Shown here piece by piece: positions 23,900 to 36,509 of a stretch of DNA of 64,000 bases. The position numbers were made by a program, and so were the translations under genes. Under the pieces are notes generated by a model, which saw only the letters and a program-made list of their open reading frames with translations, did no database searches and was not told the origin of the DNA. Source of the stretch: Lama guanicoe (taxonomy: Eukaryota); NCBI GenBank assembly GCA_013239625.1, contig MU053652.1, forward strand, positions 1,738,001-1,802,000. Direction: 5' to 3'. Within the stretch, counting starts at the first letter, position 1. Every line of letters starts with the position of its first letter.

Positions 23900-24130
23900 C
23901 TGTGCTGCGTGGTGGTTGAGAACACAGGCTTTGGAAGGAGACGCCTACGACTCAGAGTCTGGCTCTGGCACTAATCAGCTGTTTGAACTTGGGCATGTTA
24001 CTTAACCTCTCTGTGCCTTCCTTCCCTTCTCTATAAAGTTCGGGGAATAACAGTGCTTAACTTACAGTGCTGTTGTGAAAACTAGAGTTAATGTATGTGA
24101 GTACTGCATAAATGTTGGCTATCATTATTA
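23900..24130 (+). mobile_element. MIR SINE, near full length
   Basis: gtggtggttgagaacacaggctttgg...ggctctggcactaatcagctg...ttgggcatgttacttaacctctctgtgcct...ataaatgttggctatcattatta. Confidence 0.9.
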
Positions 24131-25271
24131 CTCCAGACTCTTCCATGGATACCTAGGAAAGCCCTGGGTCTCCCCATTCCTCCGTGGCGTCTTCAGATTT
24201 CAGGGCACTCTGGTTCTGCCCCAGTAGTGTATGAGGAGCCGCGCCACCCTGGCGTGAGCCCTGTAGGTTGGACGTGCCTGGCTGCCTGCGATACTTGGTA
24301 AAGGACTCCGTGCCCCTAGCCCACTGCTGCGTTCCCGGTCATGGCCAGCACCCTCCCTCAGCGGGACTCTCTCTGGGGTCTTCTCTTCCAAGGCTTTAAT
24401 TTATTTCCTCCTCTCACAGGGCCTCAGAGTCTAAAGAAGATCGCCATCCATCTTGCCCCCCTCCTCCACATGCCCTTCTCTGCCTGGACGGCCGCCCACC
24501 AGCCATGCCAAACGGCCTCCATTGCCCAATCTTCTTGTAGCAGACACACCTGTGCATTTTCTAAGAGGCTGGAGGGGCTTCTCTGGCTAGCCTGCACTCA
24601 AGTCCAGACCTGAATGCCTAAGTGGGTGTTTCTCCACTATTTCTAGGAGTGAAAAGTGGGGTTCTCTGATCAATAGCACCAGTGTTTGTTACCGTGGGCT
24701 GTGCAGCCGCAGACAGGCCCAGCATCCCCTCTGCCGAGTGTGCAGCCGGCCTCACCTGCCCCTGAAATGCAGGACCCTGTCTGCACAGGGTGAGGACTTA
24801 GGTCCCTGAAGGTAAGAATTCCCAGAGCGGGTCCCGGAGGTCCTGGCTTGGCGGATCTGAGCCACAGAAGGCTGCAGAAAATGCGGGCTAAGCGGAGGGA
24901 GATTCATAAGGGCAGAGGAAGGGTGGGAGTTCAGAGGAGATACTGAACACAGAACAGGTAGACCAGCTCCTTCCTTGGGCCTGGAAGCCCAGGGCAGGGG
25001 CAGTGGGAGAAAGTGAGGAAGAGCACTTCATGGATCCTCACGGTTCCCTCCTAGGTTCAGTGTGACCCTGGCTTTATGGCAACTTAGTTTTAATCCCACA
25101 CCGTATGCTGTGTGATTTATAAACTGTGGCTAACTTGATCACGGAGAGGTGAGGGAACTCCCCCAGCACCACACAGTACGGTAACAGTGGAGGAGAAAGG
25201 AGGACCCAGTTGTCTTTTCTTTCAAAACAGCAGGTGCCACCCTGACAGCTAGAATCTTGGACTCAGACGAC

Positions 25272-25365
25272 ACGAACACCTAGGCTCAGAGAGGTGAAGT
25301 GACTTGCCCGGTGTCACACAGCTCATTAGTGGCAGAGTTGGGACTAGAACCCAGGCTTCCTTATT
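25272..25365 (-). mobile_element. MIR core
   Basis: aggctcagagaggtgaagtgacttgccc...tcacacagct...agtggcagagttgggactagaacccagg. Confidence 0.85.
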
Positions 25366-26084
25366 CTTAATTTGTGTTTGTTCCATTTCCCATCCCTGAT
25401 CAGTTTCACTGGTCTCTTCACCTGCTCCCCTCATTAGCTAGGGAGGAGGGGTCCTCCCAGGGACTGGCATCTGCTGGTGCCATCTGCACTGAAATCGGCC
25501 TGGGTGTCCCAAGAGGGTAGGACAGAGGCAGCCCAAGTGCCTGGGCAACACTTCAGAGGGAAGCTGGCCCCATCCGGGCACCCAGGCTGAATGGAAGAGC
25601 CGGCTTTGCACAAGCACACACTGCTCACATCCCCCTCCTGCCACCCCCCACCCCCATGTGTGGTGAGTCTCAGCCAGGGCTTGGAAAAAATAAATTCTGG
25701 ATGGCTGCTAGCCAGGCAGACACCCAGGTTGTCAGGGGATTGGGGAAGGTCAGACAGGGATGCCAGTTAGCATGAAGGAAAAAAAAGAGGGTGGGTGTAA
25801 ATTAGTGGCCTGTGTCTCAGCAGCTCTGTGCCTGGAATCTGTAACAGGCCTCCCTACAAGCTGGCTGGAGACTCTGGATTCTAACACAGCCCTCCTTCCC
25901 AGGCAAGCCTGGCTGGACTGCCACTCACTGAACCCGCCCAGATTCATCTGTACTTGTTGTAGCCTCGAATGACTCCGGGCTCTCTGCTCCCACGTGCAGC
26001 CAGGTGCCTCCTCTGTGGATCCGACTGCCCCTCTGCTTGCCCTGCCATGTCTGTTTCCTTTTCCGTCTCTCTTCCTGTCTCAGG

Positions 26085-26187
26085 GTTCAGAGAGTCGAAG
26101 CTGTATCTTGTTCTCCGCTGAATTCCCAGTGCTGAGCACACACAGCAGGTGCTCAATAAATTTTTCAGATGAATGAATGAATGAATA
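26085..26187 (+). mobile_element. L2 3' end
   Basis: tcttgttctccgctgaattcccagtgctgagcac...gcaggtgctcaataaat...(tgaa)n. Confidence 0.85.
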
Positions 26188-26364
26188 TCTAGCTGACAAA
26201 ATCAGGACCTGAGAGGTGAGCTGGCTGGAGCTTCCAACAATAATCAGCCCTGTCCAAAGCTCCTGTGTGGTACTGTTTGCTCTCCACGTGTTGGTGTGAC
26301 ATCCAGGTCAGAGTCAAACACACCACCTCTGATTTGTGGACGCTTAAGGCTAAAATCCTTCCCA

Positions 26365-26800
26365 TAAACTGCTAAGTGCCAGGCACCATCTTAGGTGCTG
26401 GTTGATAATAAAATGAAAGAGACGGTTTCCCTGACCTTGAGAGGATCACAGTCTGGTGGGGAGTACCACATGGAAATGACCAGGCTGGAGCGGAGGGGTT
26501 CACCACCTGCTGTGGGAGCTTGGATGGGAATGAAGCTTCTCCTGGGAAGGAGGGCTGGGTTAGGCTCTGAGGTCAGTGGTAATGGAAAGGGGGGCTGATA
26601 GAGAAGTGGACAGTGAGCCAGACCCCGAGGGGAGATGAAAATTTCCAAGTGAAAAATGGGGGAGGGGGGACATCCCAAGCCAACTCAGAGGAGCAGACTG
26701 ACAGCCTGTACGGGGACCTGGAATATGTTGTTTGGCTGGAGTGTAGGCTGAGGAGGGGTGGGTCAGGGCACGGCTGGGGAGAGGCTTGTGAAGTGGTTCC
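26365..26800 (-). mobile_element. L2 3' region (degraded)
   Basis: tgccaggcaccatcttaggtgctgg...aaatgaaagagacgg..tccctgacctt...cacagtctggtggggag; downstream purine-rich L2 motifs. Confidence 0.65.
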
Positions 26801-27429
26801 ATGCCAGCCCAGGCACCTTCCCTGGGCCTGACGCTGGGTGCTCAGACAGGCCAGGAGAAGCCGTGTATCCCTGGGCTGTAGGGTGTTGGGAATGTCTGTG
26901 TCTTGTCTGCTGACCGACCGCTGGCTCGACAGGACACTGGCGTCTGTGTCCAGCCCTGACACAGACACCCGGAACTGCACAGTGAGCAGACGACCCTGGT
27001 TTACAGAACCACTGCAGCCTCTGGCAGCAGGGCTCCACGGGACAGTCTAGAGGAGGCTGAATGCTGGCTGTTGCCACAGTAACTGCTGAGCAGAGCACGT
27101 GGCAGCATGCAATGCCTGGTTCCCCACCTCTCCGCAGAAGGGCACTGAGGCCCGACAGTGGCTGCCAGGGCCTCTAGGGCACCTGCCACCTGTCCAGAGC
27201 ATCAGCTCCCCAGGTGAGGCTCTTTCCAGCTTGGAGCAGCATGACTGATCTGCCAGAGACCTGGGGAGCTCAGGGAGTGGTTTCCCTGGCAGGAGTCAGA
27301 GGACAGGCTGGGAGAAACAGCCGTCCACGTATTGGAAGGTGAACCCAAAAGGCAGATCACAGCCTAATGATAACCGGGTTCACAGATACTGTATGAGGAA
27401 TGGCTGGGTTTATTCCCACCCTTGGTGCC

Positions 27430-27560
27430 GCTCCTTCCTACCTTCATACACCTGCTTGTCGACGTAATAAAGGTTTATTGAGTGTCCATTGTGCACTGGG
27501 CACAAAGACCTTGTCCTCAAGGAACCTGTGGTCTGGAAGGAAGACAGGAATGTGAACAAG
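27430..27560 (-). mobile_element. L2 3' end fragment
   Basis: tttattgagtgtccattgtgcactgggcac...ccttgtcctcaaggaac...gtctgg. Confidence 0.6.
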
Positions 27561-29879
27561 TATTTCCTGGAGGGTGCCCCTGTCTCCTGTCTTTTGTTTG
27601 TGCTCCAGATCCTCTGCATCCTCTATAAACCGTAAAGACACCTCCGTGGCCCCCTTGCCTCTCACTTCCCATTGAGTCGGAGAAGGAGGAGCCGTGGCAG
27701 GAGGCTGGGGTGGGAGAGAGCCCTTCCAAGCTCCTGGCCAGGGGCACACGCACCTTCCTGTGCTGCTAACTCTGTCTGGGGGAGGGGCAGAAACAAGATC
27801 TGTCATCCCTTCGCTTCCTCCAGAAGGAGAATAGGGTGAAAGGGGAACGTCCTAAAACTGACTGGAGGTTCTTGCAAGAGACAACTCGGGCTCACGCTCC
27901 ACGTTCCTCCCCACCAAGTCTTCTCTTCTTCCTGGCTTTTGAGTCGCCAGAAAAGAATTTCCCTTTTCATTGCAAGCATCATTTTTTCTAAGATTAAAAG
28001 CGCTAAAGGAGGAAGGGCGAGCCTTTGCCGGTCTCGTGCCCCACCAGTGTGAGGAAGTAAAAGCTGAACTGAATTTCCAGGGAATCCCAAGCACATGCTG
28101 CGATGCTGGGTGTGGGTGGGCATTTCTCAGAAAACACTGAGGATGGGATGCTGCTGGTGAGAACGGGGGTGAGAGCGCATGGGCGAAAACACTGGGGTCG
28201 TGCTGTGACGTATCCCAGAGCTCACCCTGTCCAAGGGAGAAGTTAGTGATAGCTGTGTTTGCAGCTGGCCTTTCCTTTTGAGAACACTGTCACTTCCGGC
28301 CTGAGCTCGGGAAGGCCATTGCCTCTGCGCCAAGCTGCTTGTCACTGATTCTGTGACTCCAGTTCCTCTCATGTGTTACAGGACTTGGCGGAAAGCAGCC
28401 TGGCTTTGGAGCATGGAATAATTAAGCTAAAGCTCCCTGGAATCTCCCGGAAATGGAAGGGAGGGGAGGAGGGGTGGTCTGATGAGCCCCTGGCTTGCGC
28501 AGGTCCTGGATCCCACACCCAGAGGTCAACACAGTTCCTGCTGTGCCACCCTTGGAGCGCGTGTGACCCCACCTTGGCCCCTGAGGCCTCCCAGGACCCC
28601 TTAGAGAAGTGGTTGGGTGAAACTCTTCATGACTCATTCTCCAAAGGGTTGGATGGCCGGACCCTTTCAATGGGTAGGTGAAAAATACGTGGTCAGGACC
28701 AGAGGAAATATATTCATAATGAGACCTTTTTTTCCTGAACCAAAATTGAGAGTTGAGGTGGATTATTATGACATAATATTGAGTACAGAAGCTGTCACTG
28801 TGGTGAAATATCTGGGGGCTGGGATTAATAAGAGTGATAGACACAGATCACCAATTTTCTTGTATTATCTTAGCAATACAAACCAGCTGCGTAACTTTAG
28901 GCAAGACACTTAGCCACTTGGGACCTCGGTTTCAAAGCTCTCTCAGTTCCAGGAATTGATGATTTTTGGTGGAGGAAAAGAGGACCTGTGAGGATCTGAA
29001 GTGAGAGTCACGGTGCAGGTGGGACACAAAGGGGTAGGGTGGCACTCAGCTGGGGGAATCCAGTCTGCGCCCAGAGACAAGGTCCCTGGTGAGGCAGTGC
29101 ACATCCCTGGCAATTTCTGTGGGCTGGACTAACAGGGCTGTGACTTCTCCCTCCCTCGTGTGCAGGGTCACTGTTTTAATTAAGGACCCGGGCTGCTTCT
29201 GAGTGAGAATTTATGGAAGGGGGTCTGCAGCTCCAGACAGAGGCAGAGACACTGGAGGAGGTGCAGAGGGGGGCCCCTGGGGCCGCCAGCCTCTCTGGCA
29301 CTCTGCTGGAGACAGAGCAGGGCGCAGAGAGCCCTTAATGGCCAAGCAGATTAGGAACATGGTTCCGGCTGAGGGCACAGAGCCCTGGAGAATGATAATC
29401 AAACTTCTTGCAGCCAGTCAAGCAGCTAAGCAGACAAAATCTAAATAAACACTCTTCTGTCTCCAGTCAGGCGGGCCCCCCTCTCCATGGTAGAATCAGG
29501 TTTTCTGCTCCAACATCCTGACCTTGGACTCCCTACTTGACCCTGGTGAAGGGCCAGATTTCTCAACATCAGATTCACAAACATCTCTCATCCTTTGTGC
29601 TCATTCCTTGGGGCTCGTTTTAGATCTGGCCAGCGCGGCCGTCATCCTCAGCTGGCTCCTAAGCCATGGAGTTACCCAGCCATCGATGGGCTGTGCAGCT
29701 CAACTCCCACGAAATATTTCAGCCTGAAGACTCTGCTGAGTTTGATGCCCCACCCCTCCCACTCTCCAACTTAGTCAAGATGCTTCAACATTGATGTATC
29801 TCCTTGATTCAGAGGCATCATAAGAGCTGAATGTAAAGAAAACATTTGTGATCTATTAACGTGTGAGTCTGGTCTGTCC

Positions 29880-30044
29880 CAGCACTTTTCAAACTTGAAC
29901 GTGTACATAAATCATTTGAGAGTTTCATGCAATGCAGGTTGCAGTTCAAGAGGTCTGGGGAGGGGCCTGCTATCCTGCATGTCTAATGAGCTCCCAGGTG
30001 ATGCCGATGCTCTTGGTCCTTGAACCACATTGCAGGAACAAAGG
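29880..30044. mobile_element. hAT-Charlie MER5A/MER5B
   Basis: tcaaacttgaacgtgtacataaatca...aggtctggggaggggcctg...ctgcatgtctaatgagctcccaggtgatgccgatgct...ggtcc. Confidence 0.85.
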
Positions 30045-30052
30045 TCTGGGTT

Positions 30053-30318
30053 GGTGATGTTCAAAATGTAGTCTGTGAATTGTTTGCTAATGGTCTGCAG
30101 TGAGATATGTAGACACTGAGAATGAGCTTTTAGAAATTTGTAAAGCATTTCAGCAAGGCTGCCACATCCCAGAGCCTGGTCGGTGCATTTGTATTTTGTG
30201 TTTTTAAATTTCACTTTTCTAGTAATTTGTTGTTATGGTATTTAACAAAAGTGTCCATCCACAGTGGATTGGAAATTTTACAGAAAGGCTCTCCACCACA
30301 GACAGTGTGAAAATCCAG
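30053..30318. mobile_element. hAT-Charlie MER5C-like, abutting MER5A/B
   Basis: tgaattgtttgctaatggtctgcagtgagat...ttttagaaatttgtaaagcattt...ttttctagtaatt...aacaaaagtgtc...ggattggaaattt...caccacagacagt. Confidence 0.7.
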
Positions 30319-33194
30319 AGACTAGGTGATTTCTGACCTGCTTTGCAGGCTTTGAGATTCTCTGATTCTCTGCAGCTCGTGTACAAAGGTGTCCTGTCCG
30401 TGGAGGACAGACCGTGGTGGCATGTGGTCCCTGTGGAGTCCCTGTCCTTGGCATTGCCTCTTTTACAAGCTCAGTCAGTGTTTTCTTTCCCAGACAGTAT
30501 TCTGGGTATTTCAGACAAAGGTTGAACGTATCAGGGGAGTTCAGCCTCTGCTGATGCCAGGAAGTGCCAAGTAACAGGAGAGAATGCCAGCCAAAGAGCC
30601 TCTGAGCACCGAGTGCACCGGCTTGAAGGCATCCACACCGGGTCTGGGCAGCCCACTCCTTGATCCCTGAGCAGGATTTGACTCTACTCTGGCAACCACC
30701 TGCCCCGCTTCTGAGAAAGAATAAGCCAGGCTGCAAAATAGGCCAGTGAGAAGGCTTCCTGCCACGAGGGAGGGCCGGGTGTTAATGAACCAAGTGCAGT
30801 CGCAACAGGAATGGGGCCAACTGGAGCCCGCCCACATTTGACCCGCGGTCATTTGGCAGGACCCAGGCTGCTGGGGGCGTGACCAGAGATGAAAACGCAG
30901 TCAGCTTTCTCCCTGCAGCGGCGATCTCTGTTGGTCTTGGCCCACTGCGGGCTGTCACACACGCTGGACAGTTCTGGTGGGGATGACCCTGGGCAGGCAG
31001 GGCGGCAGGACCCGTTTCAGATCTCGCCTTCTTTCTTCTACCCCCAACCCTTGATGGCTGGTTCAGCGCTGGGCAGCTCATGGCTGCCCCTCTCCAGCAA
31101 TGTCTTTTCACAGGTTGATTTTATATGCTCCCCTATTCTGAACTGATAATCCCTCAAAGACAGAAGCTCTGTGCAACATCTCACCATCTTTACTAAACGC
31201 TAATTAGGTTGGAAAATCACAGAGAAAAGGGGTTGATATTGAATAACTATGTGTTGAATGATCTTCTTACATCCTTTGGAAATCAGCCACTCCAGTGTTT
31301 AAAAAGGATATGATTTCAGCTAAGCTGGATTTAATTGAGTGGTTAGATTTTGATTTGTGCCTGTGATTTATTGGCTGGCCCGAAGCTGCTTTAGCTTTCA
31401 ATTGGTCTAATTCGTTAATGAGGTTCTCGTTTGGCCGCAGGAGGACTTGTCACTGAGAATGTTTATGTGTGTGTGTGTGCGCGTGCTCACCTTCATATGA
31501 AAGGGGCTGCTTGATTAGGTGAGACTTGTGAGTTGGTCTTCCAGGGATGGAGGCGAACCAGCCTGCCCTGGCTGCTCTCCCTTGCTGTCTGAGATGCCAC
31601 CACACACCTTCCTGAGACAGGTGTCTGGGGCTGGGGGTGTGGTGTCCATGTCCGAGGAAGCAAAGTAGTTTGGTTGATCCAATGTTTGGATCCACGACTG
31701 TGACCTTGTTAACCCCATTCCATAGCTGTTAGGTCTCTTAACCTATTTTATGAAACTGAACTTTAGTACAGAGATTAACTGAAAACGAGAAGGGGAAGAA
31801 GGGTCTTTGTGGCCACATCTATGCACCATGGTCCAGGTCTGTTGACACTAAAGGGGTTCGCCTTGTGTAGATGCTGGTGCCAGCCTCTTCCCTGCCCGCC
31901 AGCTACGGTGGGCCCCAGCTCCCCAGAGCCACGATTGCTCTGCAAATCCCCCTCTCTAGCTATGGCCAAACTGAGACAGATTTCAGAGCGGCAGGGACGT
32001 GTTTAGCGTATTACCTGCCTTGGATGTTGGAAAATGGAAACAGAGGAGCCGGCGTCTACTCAGGGTGACCCAGCCAGACATAGCTCAGATCCGGCCACCT
32101 AGGGTCTCCCCACTTAGGTTGGTTGGGTAGTTGGTCTGTTTTTCCTGCCTCAGGCACCCTGTGGATGCTCCTGGACACTGGATGTCGGGGATGGTCCACC
32201 CTTGTTGTATTATCACTCGTGAAGTTCAGCAAAACTGACTCCTTGATCAGAGCACAAAGTTGTCTCTTAGACCTGGTTTATATCTTCTCTGATATGGCAG
32301 GATAATCTCATGCTCATTTGTCCACTTCTGCAGCCAAAGTCCCCTGGACACTGTGTGGTGTGTATGTGTGGGGGGTGTGTATGTACACAGGGCAGAGCAG
32401 AAGGAGTCCATCTTATTGCAGCATTAAGTAATTAACTCATGGCTCAGAACCAGGAAAGAAAGGGGAAGCTGGAAGTGCTAGCTGTGGCCCATCGTATACA
32501 CTAAAGCTCTATTAGCATCTAGAACAGGAGGCCCCCAAAGAAACGCTAGTCTCATCCACTCTTCCTTCCTTAACAGGATGGGCTGTAACCATGCATGTCT
32601 GTATCTCCTGTGTGAGCAGTATCCAGTACAATTCTATGATGCTCAATCAGGAAAGCTGGGGAGGAGGAGTGGAGTGGAGTAGGAGGTGAGAACACTTGGC
32701 GTCACATGCTCCCATGATTCTACTCGTTCACTAGGAGATAAAATGTGGTGAAGAGTGCATGAAGACAAAGTGTAAGGTTAGAGACTGATGTGACCTGATT
32801 ATTCAAATATGAGTAGTGAAAGTGCTGTGGAGGATTCATTCTCGTGCTACGAACGACCATAGGACACCCTCAGATGATTCCCGTGGGATGTGCATGGGTG
32901 CAGGTCTTGGTTACGGCAGGTCGTAGCTTCCTGTCCCATGGCAGGTGATGGGTCAGGAGGGTGCTTAAGAACCTTGGTCTGGGTGTTTGCTCCAGTTGGA
33001 AATAAGTCCCAATGCTGGAGATAACCCCTCTATGCCAGACTGTCTGTATCTGGAGGGTGGAGGTTCGTCACAGGCCATCTGAGCCTGCACAGGGACAGGT
33101 AAACAGGGACTTCGAAGGAGTCGAAACGCATTGTAAACAGGTCTTCAGAAATGAATCCCAGGAGTGTGATGTGAAGCTGGCGCTGTTTGCATTG

Positions 33195-33695
33195 GAAGCA
33201 TGGCTGCTGGGAATTCTAACTAGTACAACACTGTTGGAAAACAATTTGTAAATATTTAGCAAGAACCTCTGAAAGATTCAGGTCCTTTGAACTAGTGATA
33301 ATTTTTTATAGAAATCAATTCAAACTTTTAAAAATGATGCTAATCACCAAGATACATATTTCAGCATTATTTAGCTGAACTGGAATTGATCTAAATACCC
33401 ATTTATAGGGGAATGGCTAGGTAAATTTGGCATGTTATGCAGCCATTTAAATTTCAGTTTATAAAGGCCAATATAATAACCAATTTCTTGTGTAATAACA
33501 TTAAGTGAAAAAGCATGATACAATTGAAACTTTTTACAACGTGTAAACTAAAAACTGGGAAGAAATCCACCAAAATGCTAATAATAGCCATGCTTGGAAA
33601 ATGAGACAAGATGTGATTTTTTTTCTATTTATCTACCTTTTTCTAAATTTTTAAATGAGCATTTATTGCTTCTATAATGGAAAAAAATAAAATTT
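33195..33695 (+). mobile_element. Old LINE-1 3' region (L1ME-like)
   Basis: tacaacactgttggaaaacaatttg, tcagcattattt, ctaaatacccat..ataggggaatggcta, tatgcagccatttaaa, ttaagtgaaaaa, caccaaaatgctaa. Confidence 0.8.
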
Positions 33696-35374
33696 TCGAA
33701 AGAGAAGGAACTCCAGAGGATTGTTTAGATAGCCTATAGATCTGAGGTCAGAGAGATTTTAAAATATCGACAATGAGCCCAAAAGTCTTCAGCCAGCCAG
33801 TTAACTCAGTGGGGCGGGGGTCTTTTTTCTGGGTTAGGTCAGTGGGTTTGCTTGGTGGCTGGACCATCTCATGGCACGTGCACCTCCGAGATGGCATGTG
33901 AGTGGAGGGGTCAGCATGAGCCTTCACCCACTGCTGGGATAGATCCAACAGCCAACCAGAATTTATTAAGAACTTCTTATGAAGGATGCATCCTGTTATG
34001 AACTAAAGATGATACAGAAGAAGTGCAAAGGAAAAATGTTGCCCAAAAGAACTTGCATTTTTATCTAGGGATAAAACACTACCAACACATATACACGTAA
34101 AACAGTTCATAAACATAGCTACTTTTTTGTACATTTACTGCAAATAACTACATTTTTATGTATATGTTTGTGTGTGTATATGGGTATGTATGAATACACA
34201 CACGTATATATATGTTCATTCACGCACATGCATACTGCAAACACTCTCTCAAATGTATTGGTAGCTCAGACAATACATGGTAATTGTGCAATGGAAAATA
34301 AGCACTTATTGTACTGTGTTAGTAGCATTGTCTTTGAATACAAAGGACAGTGTATCGTTGCAGATCATTTCGATGGCAATGACAGTGATTGCAGACCATG
34401 CCCATACTCTCCTCTCTTATTAATGAGCTGATGCCATAGTGATCTTCACTTGCAAAATGCTGCACGTAGCAATTGAAAAATCATGATCGTTTTGCCAAAA
34501 TTGACAAGGCATGCGTAGGGCGAAAGGCTTGCGGTAGGCTTGGGAGACCCAGCCACAGGTGTCTCATGTTTGGTTCTCACCTGGGCGCTCCAGCTGAGTT
34601 GGAGCAGCCCTCTTCGTTTTCCTGCTCTATGCTGCGTGACAGATGGGAGCCCGCAGCAACGTGATTTTTGCTTCTATCGCTGTGCTCCTCAGCTGGTCAA
34701 ACATTACCAGGCAGGCAAGGCAAACAGCCGCCGAGAGGCTCTCGCTCGAGCCAAGGACGGCATTGTTCTGACCTCTGAAACCTGGCTGGAGTCTCCTCCT
34801 GTTTCCTCTGCCTGGGGCTTCAGGGAACGAAGGAGCCCCCAGCCTATTGGCTTAGTCCAAGAGGGCAAATGCAGGCAACTCCTTAGAAAGCCCATCGAGG
34901 GGTCTGCCCCTACACCTCTCACAGAAAAGAGGCTCCTGGCTTCCTTTTTCCCCTTCTCCCCTGTGTTTTCACATCCCCATGACTTTTTTCTTTTTTCTGC
35001 CTCAAAGCAAGCGAACACAAGTGTGAATAATTGATTGCGAGAAGCTGCGATGACTAACAATTCCGGATGGAATCTCTCGCTCGGGAAGCCTGGGTAGGTG
35101 CATGGGGAGGTGATCTGAATGACAGCCAGGCCCCTCTGGCCCCTACCCTGGAGGTGCTGCAGGGGGGCCCCCTGAGCCCTGTGACCGCCTGGCTGGGCCC
35201 CGACCCTCGGATGGCACTGGGGAAGAGGTGCAGGATCCTGGAAAGTTCTCCTCTGTTCTAATCTGACTTGGATCACCCCAGACACGGTCTACATGCTTAT
35301 GCCAGTGTGTGAGTGTGTGTGAGGCAGAATATGGGCTAGTGGTGTAAATTCTTTGCCTTATTAATACAGATGCC

Positions 35375-35672
35375 AGATGTCACCCAACTGTGTTCTACAC
35401 GACTGTAATGTCACTTGAAATTTATATGCAGTTGTTTTTAATAGGAGTCTCTGGTCAAATTTGGGAGATGCTACCTAGCCTTCTCTTTGAGATTCGCTAT
35501 ACACTTAAGAATATTCAAAGACCCTTGGAGTCTAGCAGTACATTCTTCATTTACGTTTGCTTTCTCCAGACTTACTTGACCGTAGGACCACATTGTGTAT
35601 CACTCTTTTTTTCTTTTTTTAAACATCTTATAACACACTGGCCCATAGTATACAATTTAGGGAAATATTGGT
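35375..35672. mobile_element. hAT-Charlie (Charlie4a-like)
   Basis: ggtcaaatttgggagatgct...gagattc...aatattcaaag...acttacttgacc...tttagggaaatattg. Confidence 0.6.
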
Positions 35673-35704
35673 ACATGCAGCTCTGCCCCTCACCTCATTC
35701 ACTG

Positions 35705-35815
35705 ATACTGGAGATGTGAGTTTGAATCCTGTTTCTGCCTCATACCAGCTGAGAGACTTTGCAGGAGTCTCTGAGCCTTAGTTTCCTCATCTAAAACAGA
35801 GCTAAAAACCAACCA
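35705..35815 (+). mobile_element. MIR SINE fragment
   Basis: gagtttgaatcctg..tctgcc...taccagctg...tctctgagccttagtttcctcatctaaaa. Confidence 0.75.
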
Positions 35816-35820
35816 GCCCC

Positions 35821-36005
35821 GGGGAGGGTATAGCTCAGTGGTAGAGCACATGCTTAACATGTACGAGGTCCTGGGTTCAATCCCTGGTACCTCCATTAAA
35901 TAAACCTAATTACCCCCAAAATAAAAACAAACAAGAACAAAAGAAAGAAAGAAAGAAAAAGAACAACAACAAAAAAAACCTCCCCTAATTTAAAAAAAAG
36001 GAAAA
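35821..36005 (+). mobile_element. tRNA-Ala-derived SINE (camelid Vic-1 type) with extended A-rich tail
   Basis: ggggagggtatagctcagtggtagagc...gaggtcctgggttcaatccctggtacctcca (Pol III A and B boxes), then ttaaataaacctaattaccccc and A/(GAAA)n tail. Confidence 0.9.
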
Positions 36006-36339
36006 AACACCAACCGACCAACGAAGCCCCCAGCGTCATGTGCTATTGTGTGTATTGTATGTGATAGTTCCTATGACAGTGCTTGGAAGGTAGGAGACTC
36101 TCTGTAATCTCGTATTGGAGCTGAATATAAACATAGCCGGTGGTAGATAAAGTTACCTTGGAGCTAAGCAGAACTGATTGAGATCCATTGTGGAAACGTG
36201 AGTATCTAGCTCGAGAGACTTCCACCCCATCCTCAGTAACCGGATCTCTTGCTTTATTCCTAACTTTCTCTGTAGGGAGTTCTTCCAGGTATCTTGCCTA
36301 GTTCACTCTAGTTGGAATTAATGCCATCTTCCCCTGCGA

Positions 36340-36509
36340 CAGTGGCTCCTGGACCAGCAGCCTCGGCATCACCTAGGAACTTGTTAGATGTGTACACATT
36401 CTGGACGTAGACTTACAGAGTCAGGGACTCTGGGGTTGGAGATCAGCCTTTGGGGTTTTAGTAAGTCCTCGAGGTGATGCTGATGCTTGCAGAGGTTTGA
36501 AAAACACTG
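36340..36509. mobile_element. hAT-Charlie MER5A
   Basis: ggaccagcagcctcggcatcacctaggaacttgttaga...actctgggg...aggtgatgctgatgc...gtttgaaaaacactg. Confidence 0.85.

Noticed and set aside
34253..34278. 8-bp inverted repeat atgtattg/caatacat
   Set aside because: Several 8-bp short-loop stems are expected by chance in 64 kb.
34704..35285. Longest ORFs in the track (193 aa here; also 55210-55788, 61616-62179, 16037-16561)
   Set aside because: No recognisable domain, composition dominated by GC-rich codons (P/G/R/S/L), overlapping ORFs on both strands, and lengths compatible with chance.
35821..35895. tRNA gene (Ala body, AAC anticodon)
   Set aside because: Extra 5' bases, CpG-decay substitutions, SINE-specific 3' body and A-tail, and no oligo-T terminator directly downstream; it is a SINE head.
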